From a virus, in IMG/VR virus record IMGVR_UViG_3300043497_000005: a DNA stretch of 64,000 nt; one strand, given 5' to 3'. How positions within the stretch are numbered: position 1 is the stretch's first letter; each line of letters starts with the position of its first letter. Both the position numbers and the translations under genes were made by a program. A model generated the notes under the pieces. The model ran no database searches, was not told the DNA's origin, and saw nothing but the letters and a program-made list of their open reading frames with translations. Shown here piece by piece: positions 28,053-35,767 of the stretch.

Positions 28053-29570
28053 GGCATGGCAGGCACGGTGAGGTGAGGTACGTTGAGGCGCGGCTGTGCG
28101 CGGTCTGGTTGGGCTCGGTTAGGTCAGGCAGGCAAGGCCCGGCGAGTTGTTGTGAGTTATGATATGGCAAGTCGCGGCGTGGCAGGCGCGGTTAGGCCGG
28201 GCGAGGTTAGGTGCGTCGCGGCAGGGTATGGCGGGCCGAGGCCGGGCTGGGCAGGACTGGTGAGGTCGGGCCGGGATTGGTCAGGCAGGGCGCGGCGAGG
28301 CGCGGCGTGTTGTGTCCGATTAGGTTTGGGCAAGGCAGGCATGGTGTGGCGCGTTTGGCGATGGCGAGTTGAGGCTAGTCCGGTTGAGACGAGGCATGTC
28401 GCGGCGAGGCAGGCGAGGTAGTCTGGCCACGTCTAGCTCGGTCACGGCGAGGCTTGGCAGGCGCGGTGTGTCAGGTCAGGTCATGTCATGGCCGGGTAGG
28501 TCAAGGCGCGGCCCGGTAAGTCATGGCGTGGCAGGCAAGGCATGGTGTGATCGTGTGGGGTGAGATCAGGTGCGACGAGGCAAGGCAGGCGCGGTTAGGC
28601 GGCGAGGGGCACGGCTGGGCACGGCGAGGCAAGGTATGGCAGGCATGGCTCGGTTTCGGCGGCGCTCGGTGTTGCACGGTCAGGCCGGGCGTGGCGTGGC
28701 ATGGCAGGCACGTTATGGCTGGGCAAGGTAGGTCATTGGTGTGGCAGGCGACGTCTGGCGCGGGCGGCTAGTTGTGGTCGGGTCAGGCAAGGCATGGCAG
28801 GCGAGGTACGGCAAGGTGTGTTCGTGCGAGGCAAGGTCGGGCAGGCTGGGCAAGGCGCGTCGGCGCTTGGTGAGGCAGTGTGCGGCGTGGCTGGGCAAGG
28901 TTAGGCAGGCGAGGTGCGGCGAGGCCGGATATGGCACGGTCCGGCTTGGTGGGGTTTGGCGCGGCAGGCGCGGCAAGGCGAGCCCGGTCAGGCCGGGGTC
29001 GGCTCTGGCGAGGCACGGCATGGCGAGGCAGGCTGGGCGGGCTTCGGTTTGGCAAGGCATGGCTGGTTGCGGTTAGCTCTGTTGCGGCGTGACGTGGCAG
29101 GCTGGGCTTGGCTTGACGCGGTCGGGTTCGTTGCGGTGGGGCAGGTTGTGGTCAGGCGTGGCAGGCGAGGCGTGTTTTGGTCCGGCAGGATAAGGCTAGG
29201 TCTGGCAAGGCAGGCTGGGCTTGGTATGGCGCAGCGAGGCGGGGCACGATGGGGCAAGGCACGGCAGGCGCGGACTGGCTCAGTATGGCTAGGCGCGGCT
29301 GGGTAAGGCGCAGCGAGGCAGGCAAGTTAGGGTCTGTCGCGGCGAGGCAAGGACGGCCCGGGCGTGGCGAGGATTGGCACGGCAGGCAAGGTTGGGCGTG
29401 GCGAGGTCTGGCATGTAGCGGCTAGGTGAGCCACGGCAGGCTAGGCACGCACAGGTGACGTGAGGCATGGCGAGACGAGGATGGGTTGGGTGACGCGAGG
29501 CTAGGTCAGGCAGGCTGGGCTCGGTAGGGTCGTGCATGTTCGGGTTGGTCACGTCGCGGAGTGGCAGGCA
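28053..29570 (+). ncRNA. GGY-NN pentamer array, 25 units delimited by GGCA(GG); candidate guide-RNA array
   Basis: Strict 5-nt periodicity; 26 GGCAGG delimiters; 21 of 25 units have length 5n+4; terminator follows. Confidence 0.85.
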
Positions 29571-29575
29571 AAAGG

Positions 29576-29604
29576 AAACCGGGAGAATTACTCTCCCGGT
29601 TTTT
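29576..29604 (+). terminator. Terminator closing the array
   Basis: AAACCGGGAGA-ATTAC-TCTCCCGGTTTTT; overlaps the end of the convergent ORF. Confidence 0.75.
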
Positions 29605-29773
29605 CCTTGCTGGTTAGTTCGTGGTATCGAATGCACCACGTGTCGATATCGCTCTGCGTGTAGCCGCGCGAGTTCATCTCTTTCCAGAATTCCTCTCGCG
29701 TCATCCGTTTGTCGCCGTACTGACCGAGCAGGTACGCCAGCGATTCGTATTTGGTGAGCGGCTTGGTCTTCAT
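29588..29773 (-). CDS. Hypothetical protein (gapped near-match to array unit 24)
   Basis: MKTKPLTKYESLAY...YTQSDIDTWCIRYH...; ATGA overlap. Confidence 0.65.
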   Translation of the reverse strand: MKTKPLTKYESLAYLLGQYGDKRMTREEFWKEMNSRGYTQSDIDTWCIRYHELTSKEKPGE

Positions 29774-30420
29774 GGCTGCGGCCTGTGCTCCCGGCAGAAC
29801 CACCGACCCGGCTTGCCCTTCAACAGACTGACACCGTAACCCCAGCTAGCGTCGCGACAGCACACCTCGCAGAAATTGGAATCGGGCCAACCGGGGCCGA
29901 TCAGGTAGCGCTTGGTTTTCACGCCGCCACCGATGACGTCATTGACCGGCACCACGCGGCACTCAGTGCGGTTGCGCTCGTTGGTGCGCGTGATCGGCCA
30001 CATCTCCTCGCCGGTTTCCCAGAACCACTTCTTCAGCGCCTGCATGTCCATCACGTAGACGTTGAGGCCAACCTCGCTCTTCGGTGTCGAGAACGCATAG
30101 ATCAGGATGTCGGCGACCGAGGTGTACATCCAGCCTTGTCGCTCGTAGCCCGGGACCGTACAGGTCCACGTCTCCAGCGCGAAGGCGGTGTATCCCGTCG
30201 TCCCGTCGGTGGGCCAGTGCACGATCTTCTCCTCGACAGTCTTCTGCCCGCCCGGCGTTTCTACCAGCGTGTCGACGTAGCGCTGGGTTGGGTCGTTGTT
30301 GTCGAGAAAGCGATACCTGTCTGGAAAATATCGGTCATAGAAAAATGGCTTCAGGATCATGTCGCGCTGCCTGACCTGCCAAGCATTCTTGATGTCGAAA
30401 GTGTTGTCGATGTCGCTCAT
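29770..30420 (-). CDS. Putative PD-(D/E)xK nuclease-like protein with C-terminal Cys motif
   Basis: YVDTLV...VEEK, ADILIY; CEVC...WFCREH. Confidence 0.55.
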   Translation of the reverse strand: MSDIDNTFDIKNAWQVRQRDMILKPFFYDRYFPDRYRFLDNNDPTQRYVDTLVETPGGQKTVEEKIVHWPTDGTTGYTAFALETWTCTVPGYERQGWMYTSVADILIYAFSTPKSEVGLNVYVMDMQALKKWFWETGEEMWPITRTNERNRTECRVVPVNDVIGGGVKTKRYLIGPGWPDSNFCEVCCRDASWGYGVSLLKGKPGRWFCREHRPQP

Positions 30421-31421
30421 CCTGCAGCCGCCTCTGTCCCGGCTTCAACGAACAGGTTGGTGAAGTCAGAACGCTCCTCACGCTGGTTGGCCTCGCCATA
30501 TGGCGGATAAGAACCGGCGCGGATGATCTCGTAGGATTTTTCCGGCTTCTCCGAGTGCTTACCACGCGGTGCCTCGAAGTGCGTCGGGATGCTGGCTGCC
30601 GCCGGACGTGTGGTGGTTTCACCGCGCGTGGCGAATATCATGTGCTCGGTGCTGTTGCGATAGTAGCTGCCGAGCCCGAACGGCGGCGGCTTGATCCACG
30701 TGATGACGGTGCGGTGCTGAAAGCCCCAATGCTCGACCAGCTTGCACGCCTCGCTCATGAAGTTGTTGGTCGTCCAGCAATACATCTGACAGCCTTCTTC
30801 TTCATCGGCCCACGCCGCAACGTCAAGCTCACGCAGTTGTTCGATGGTCTGCATCGCATAGCCCGGCTTTGCGCGTGCAGCGATGGACAACCAATCGTAA
30901 TCCCAAGCCGGATCGATGACGATAGTGCGGAATTTTCCGACGCGGGGCACGAGGTTCAGGATACGATATTCATCGGCCTGTACCCTCGTGGTGCGCAGAA
31001 TACTCGACACCTCGTTGCGCTGAAGCGTCGGGCAGATCGTGCCATCCTTCACCAACCGCTTGAAAGTAACTTCATCGAGCCGGGCGATCTTGTCGATGGT
31101 GTTGTAGTCGGGTGGAAGCATCTTGGCCAAATGGGAGTCAATGACTCCCATTTGGGAATCGCACCACGTCGCAATCCGCATGAACATGCTGGCAACACGA
31201 CGGTGGAATTTCAGATCACTATCGAGCACATTGATCCACTGCCCGTGCTCCAGACCAGCCTTAGCCCTATGCAGATCGCGGCCAAGCTCGATGAACCCAG
31301 TGACGGCGGTTTGCCTAATAACATCCCATTGATCGTTGAGCCGCTTCGCCCACTGTCGTCTCGTCAGTTGTAATTCGCCCGGCTTGATGACAGTCAATTC
31401 CCGGCTTGGCTTCTTAGGCAT
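30417..31421 (-). CDS. MT-A70-family adenine methyltransferase with N-terminal DNA-binding-like domain
   Basis: IVIDPAW, YCWTTN, WGF..TVITWIK, G.Y.RNSTEH, HSEKPE. Confidence 0.85.
   Translation of the reverse strand: MPKKPSRELTVIKPGELQLTRRQWAKRLNDQWDVIRQTAVTGFIELGRDLHRAKAGLEHGQWINVLDSDLKFHRRVASMFMRIATWCDSQMGVIDSHLAKMLPPDYNTIDKIARLDEVTFKRLVKDGTICPTLQRNEVSSILRTTRVQADEYRILNLVPRVGKFRTIVIDPAWDYDWLSIAARAKPGYAMQTIEQLRELDVAAWADEEEGCQMYCWTTNNFMSEACKLVEHWGFQHRTVITWIKPPPFGLGSYYRNSTEHMIFATRGETTTRPAAASIPTHFEAPRGKHSEKPEKSYEIIRAGSYPPYGEANQREERSDFTNLFVEAGTEAAAG
31127..31155. promoter_or_regulatory. 29-bp perfect palindrome, copy 2 (inside the methylase gene)
   Basis: CCAAATGGGAGTCA-A-TGACTCCCATTTGG. Confidence 0.65.
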
Positions 31422-31899
31422 GCTGTTTCCTTACTGCGAGCGGGTTGGTGTACATGCGGAAGTGCGTCGGGCAGTACGACGACATGCTGCCGTTATAGTC
31501 GTAGCCGCGCGGCTTGCCGCAGACCTTCTGCAGCTTCCACTTGCCGCTGCGCTCCGGCAGGATGGCCTTGCAGCCGTTCGACCCGTTGTCGAGATACTCA
31601 ACGCCGGGGGTCTTGCTGATGGCGTCGACCTCGGTGACGGTCAGGGGAGTTCGGGGTGGCATCTTGGTCACGTTGTTGCTCCTTGGTGGTGGTGGCTTGG
31701 GTGGTGGCTTGAAGGTCATCAGCGAGGTTGTGGTCCTCCTCTTGAATGCCTCTCTAGGCAGGCGATGCTTGCGCCCGGCAATGGCATTGCGGGAGACGGC
31801 GTAGCCAGCCTGTTGCAGGCCATTGGCCACGTACGACAACGAACCGCCCTCATCCCATAGACGGACGAGGAGGGCGTCGGCCTCGTCGGTCCATATCAT
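31414..31899 (-). CDS. gcrA: GcrA-family regulator
   Basis: MIWTDE...LVRLWDEG.S...VSRNAIAGRKHRL plus C-terminal CKAIL...CG...YCPTH. Confidence 0.85.
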   Translation of the reverse strand: MIWTDEADALLVRLWDEGGSLSYVANGLQQAGYAVSRNAIAGRKHRLPREAFKRRTTTSLMTFKPPPKPPPPRSNNVTKMPPRTPLTVTEVDAISKTPGVEYLDNGSNGCKAILPERSGKWKLQKVCGKPRGYDYNGSMSSYCPTHFRMYTNPLAVRKQHA

Positions 31900-32132
31900 G
31901 GCTTGCGCTTTCGCTTGCTTGAGAAGATGTCCGGGCGAACCTGCTCCGGTGTCATCTCGATTAGCGGGGCGATCTCCATCACGTGGTGCGCTGGCACACG
32001 ATTCCACGCCGCCACGTTCTGGTGCGTTACGCCGAGGTGTCGTGCGATCACCGCAGCGAACCCCGGCTTGGAGAAGATCAGCCGCATCACGTGGTCGCGC
32101 TCCTTGTCACGCCTCGGGCTGGACCGCTTCAT
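31896..32132 (-). CDS. Second Cro/YdaS-like HTH regulator
   Basis: IARHLGVTHQNVAAWNRVPAHHV...VRPDIF. Confidence 0.75.
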   Translation of the reverse strand: MKRSSPRRDKERDHVMRLIFSKPGFAAVIARHLGVTHQNVAAWNRVPAHHVMEIAPLIEMTPEQVRPDIFSSKRKRKP

Positions 32133-32432
32133 CACCTCTCCTCGCATAAAGCGTCGGGCCTCGACACTGGTCGATTCCATTTGTTTACTCCACATTGTAC
32201 GAGAACAACATCATTTGAATCTATCCCATTGATTTCTGGATTTCTACCCTCTAAAGACAGAGTCGGTCTCCCGGGGGAAAGCCAATACCCCTTGTGCCCC
32301 ACCTCCGGAAGGACCGAAGGCTCCGCGTTGCTCCACCGTAAAAGGTGAACGACGCGGGGCCAACCGGGGCGGACAGAACCTAGTGTGTTTGCACTGTCCG
32401 CCCCGTTTAACGTTCTTCAAGGAGCAAGACGT

Positions 32433-33362
32433 ATGCAGGTTATCCCTTGGGATGGCCAGCCCATCACGCAGCCGGGCTGGTATTCGAACATCCCCATTGA
32501 GCGCTATCATTCGGCTGGCATCTGCGACGGTCCTGCGGTGTCGTCGTCCAACTTGCGCAGATGCTGGACGCACAGCCCGGCGCACATGAACGCTGAGTGG
32601 GCCGAGAACCCCGAAGCCGAGCCGCGCACCGCGACGCGCGCGATGATTCTGGGTCAGGCCGCGCACCATCTCTTCCTCGGCGAAGATGGCTTCTCGGCGA
32701 AGTTCATCGCACAACCAGCGGAATATCCCGACAAGAAGACCGGGCTGAAAAAGCCGTGGCACAACGGCAGCGATTACTGCAAGGCGTGGAACGACAAGTT
32801 CTCTGATCGCGTCATCGTCACGCTGAAGGAATTGCAGGCGATCATCGAGATGGCGAAATCGATGGCGCTCGAACCGCTGGTCAAGGAAGGGCTGTTGACC
32901 GGCCACGTTGAATGCTCTGGCTTCATCAAGGATCAGGAGACCGGGCTGTGGATCAAGGTGCGGCCCGACGTGATCCCGACCGACGGCGGAGACTTCGCTG
33001 ACCTCAAGACCGCAGCCGAGGTGACGACGCCAGCGCTGATGTCATCGATCCGCAGCTACGCGTATCACATGCAGGGCGCGCTGATCTGGGAGGTGTGCGA
33101 GGTGCTCGGCCAGCCGTTCGAATCGTTCGTGCTGATGTTCATCGAGACCACCAGACCGTTCTGCGCCCGCACAGCACCGATGGACGACAAGGACCTTGCG
33201 TTCGGCAGACAACAGAACCGCCTGATGCTGCGCAAGATCAGGGAGTGCATGGAGCTAAAGCATTTCCCGGGACCGGGTGAAGGCGATCTGTCGCCGATGC
33301 CGCTGTCGAACGACGAGCGCCAGCGCATCGAGACCCGGCTGAAGGTGGAAGGGCTGATATGA
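32433..33362 (+). CDS. recE: RecE/ExoVIII-like exonuclease (DUF3799)
   Basis: VSSSNL, LGQAAH, KVRPD, DLKT, YHMQGA. Confidence 0.85.
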   Translation: MQVIPWDGQPITQPGWYSNIPIERYHSAGICDGPAVSSSNLRRCWTHSPAHMNAEWAENPEAEPRTATRAMILGQAAHHLFLGEDGFSAKFIAQPAEYPDKKTGLKKPWHNGSDYCKAWNDKFSDRVIVTLKELQAIIEMAKSMALEPLVKEGLLTGHVECSGFIKDQETGLWIKVRPDVIPTDGGDFADLKTAAEVTTPALMSSIRSYAYHMQGALIWEVCEVLGQPFESFVLMFIETTRPFCARTAPMDDKDLAFGRQQNRLMLRKIRECMELKHFPGPGEGDLSPMPLSNDERQRIETRLKVEGLI

Positions 33363-34804
33363 AGAAGGACAAGCCGGTCGCTCATTACCCGACGGCGCTC
33401 AACAGCGGCAGCCACCCGAGGCTCAACTTCAAGGGGCTCGACATCAAGCAGAACGGCGACGACTTCATCATCGAGAAGTCAGATGATCCAAACGCGATGC
33501 CGAAGCTGGCAAAGGAGATAGTCGAGCGGATCGATGCTGGAGCGTTCGCTTCGCTCGGCGAGATGATCAACCCGTTTGAAAGCACCGCAAAGGTGGATCA
33601 CCCGACCGACAAGCGAAACAAAGTGCCGGGGCTCACGATGCCGAGCGGGATGACGCCGCCGAAACCGCATCGCTTCGGTCCCGGCTACGACAACAGTACG
33701 CCGGTCCAGACCATGCGCGCCACGAGGAACGACACCGACCTCAAGCGCACGCTGTTAAACATCGTGAACAAGAAAGCTGGATCGCCACCACCGCAATACG
33801 ACGACGACCGCCCGCTGATCGACCTGTTGCACGAGGCGACCTTCACCGAGCCCGACGGCCTGCAGTGGATCGAGAAGAAGTACGATCTGCGCATGCTGTT
33901 GCGGAAGGCGCACTGCTTCACCCTCGACAAGGAGACCTCGGCGATGGTTGGCGATTTCTCGCTCGCCATAGCCAGCGATCTGGAGAGCGCGCGCCGGATG
34001 GCGATCCCACCGTTTCCGGTGACGTGGATCGAGATCAACAACATCGCGCGGCTGGATCGCCTCAAGGAACGCGGCGTCAAGCTGACCGCGCAGGCGGCAG
34101 GCGAGACCGAGGCAGGCCCGCCGGTCGAGCGCGTTGGCTGGCTGATTCATCCCGAGGCGGAGGGTGGCCATTATGCGACCTACGTCGCCTTGGTGGGTGC
34201 TGGGGTGATGGTTGCGCCACTGTCCTATTTCTGGTGCACCGGACCCACCAATGGAGAAGAGCTTCAGACGATGCTGTTGCGGGAGTCGGACATCGATGTC
34301 GCCTTTGTCGAGCGGCTCACGTTCGGCGTCAACAATTCTGGCGTCTACGCATCTGACGCCCGCCCGTCACCGACGCCGCTGCACACAGAGCGGATGCAAA
34401 ACATGGATGAGGCGAGCTATTCTGCCAACGTCAGGGAATTGATGACGGAGATCGGCGGCGAGCTTCGTCACGTCTGGGGGTTCCTGATCGCGCTCGGTGC
34501 CGGTCAGCTTGGCATTGAAGCGAAGTACAGCGATCAGCCGAAGCCACAGAGCACGCCGCCGACGATGAAGAACGGCAAGCCGTTGCTGCCGCTGGAGCAC
34601 AAGGTGCTGCACCTGCATCTGGCGAGAAAGATGACGCCAGACAAGGTGGTGGCGCGGATGACGACGCACCACAAGCACCGCTGGCATGAGGTGCGCGGAC
34701 ATTTCCGCTTGCTGAAGAGCGGCAGGCGCGTGCCGATTAAACCACACGCGCGCGGCGACAAGCGTCTCGGCGTGATCGAGAAGACCTACCGCGTCGAGCG
34801 GTAG
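33359..34804 (+). CDS. Large hypothetical protein
   Basis: 481-aa ORF; C-terminal HEVRGHFR...PHARGD. Confidence 0.7.
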   Translation: MKKDKPVAHYPTALNSGSHPRLNFKGLDIKQNGDDFIIEKSDDPNAMPKLAKEIVERIDAGAFASLGEMINPFESTAKVDHPTDKRNKVPGLTMPSGMTPPKPHRFGPGYDNSTPVQTMRATRNDTDLKRTLLNIVNKKAGSPPPQYDDDRPLIDLLHEATFTEPDGLQWIEKKYDLRMLLRKAHCFTLDKETSAMVGDFSLAIASDLESARRMAIPPFPVTWIEINNIARLDRLKERGVKLTAQAAGETEAGPPVERVGWLIHPEAEGGHYATYVALVGAGVMVAPLSYFWCTGPTNGEELQTMLLRESDIDVAFVERLTFGVNNSGVYASDARPSPTPLHTERMQNMDEASYSANVRELMTEIGGELRHVWGFLIALGAGQLGIEAKYSDQPKPQSTPPTMKNGKPLLPLEHKVLHLHLARKMTPDKVVARMTTHHKHRWHEVRGHFRLLKSGRRVPIKPHARGDKRLGVIEKTYRVER

Positions 34805-34824
34805 GCAATACAGAGGAGCAAACA

Positions 34825-35424
34825 ATGGCTAAGACATTTTCAGTGAGGCTGGAGATCGAGGAGGTCGCGTTAGGTACGGTGCTGCGCAAGCTGCATGACA
34901 TGCCCGGCATCGCAAAGCTCGATCTGGATTTCGGAGAGGGCGGCAAAGGCGCTGGCCGCGAGAAGCTACAGCAACAGGCGGCGGTGCTGAACACGCCACC
35001 GGTCGAAGCGGTTCTCAAGGCGCTGGCCAATGGTCCTTTGAGATCGCGCGACCTGATCAAGGCGACCGGCATGAAGGACCATCGCGTCTATTACGCAATC
35101 GGCAAGCTCGGTGATGCCGTCCGCAGGAACGCCGACGGTGCCCTCGAACTCGCGGCGCTGGCGTTACCTGCGCCAACGGTCAAGCGTCGCTCCGACGGTC
35201 GCGCCACGCCGGGAAGGGGACCGGAGATTCTGCGGGCTTCACTGGCATCATCCGACACGCCGCTGAGCTTCGCAGATTTACGCAATAGCCTGAAGGCCAA
35301 CGGCATGTCGGGCAAGTCGGTAAATGGGGTGCTGGATCGCGCTAAGCGTGATGGCATCATCAAGAAAACCAAGGACGGCTACACGTTGACCGCGAAGGCG
35401 ATGAACGGTGCCGCGCATGGCTAG
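34825..35424 (+). CDS. Winged-helix-like DNA-binding protein
   Basis: Two HTH-like segments; AGGAGCAA RBS. Confidence 0.55.
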   Translation: MAKTFSVRLEIEEVALGTVLRKLHDMPGIAKLDLDFGEGGKGAGREKLQQQAAVLNTPPVEAVLKALANGPLRSRDLIKATGMKDHRVYYAIGKLGDAVRRNADGALELAALALPAPTVKRRSDGRATPGRGPEILRASLASSDTPLSFADLRNSLKANGMSGKSVNGVLDRAKRDGIIKKTKDGYTLTAKAMNGAAHG

Positions 35425-35767
35425 AGGCTACATCAAGATTTTCCGGACCTACTCCTACGTGGACAAGAATCCGGTGATCGACAAGGTGCGCACCATCATG
35501 CAAGACGAAGGGCTGTTCGATCAGCTAACCATCGCATCCGAGATTTCGAATGTGGGGCGTGCCACGATGGCAAACTGGTTCCACGGACCAACAAGAAATC
35601 CACAGCACCACACGGTCGCTGCGGTGATCACCGCGATGGGCTATGAAGAACAGTTCGTGAAAAAGAGAGCCATCGACATCGAGCGCGAGCGCAAGGTCGC
35701 CGCCGAGTGGACAGCGAAACAACCGAAACCGAAGAAAAGGAGCAAACCAAATGGTAGACGTAGCTGA
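35417..35767 (+). CDS. HTH protein
   Basis: IASEISNVGRATMANWFHGPTRNPQ. Confidence 0.65.
   Translation: MARGYIKIFRTYSYVDKNPVIDKVRTIMQDEGLFDQLTIASEISNVGRATMANWFHGPTRNPQHHTVAAVITAMGYEEQFVKKRAIDIERERKVAAEWTAKQPKPKKRSKPNGRRS

Noticed and set aside
29213-29262. Unit 20 (...G-T-G-K-T) targeting this phage's helicase Walker A (APTGYGKT)
   Set aside because: The register does not fit without a gap; only 4 of 10 positions align.
28131-29434. Weak self-matches of units 2, 5, 6, 12, 13, 15, 16, 19 and 23 (4-7 dinucleotides) to various genes
   Set aside because: At about the level expected by chance given genome size and GA/GC bias.
28053-29570. Canonical CRISPR array or simple microsatellite
   Set aside because: No 25-45-nt identical repeats with contiguous spacers and no cas1/cas2. 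The variable NN and 5n+4 unit lengths are not explained by slippage.
28083-29639. Many overlapping ORFs (R/G/A/W-rich) across the array on both strands
   Set aside because: Products of GC-rich 5-nt periodicity; no RBS, no domain, and they cross in all frames.
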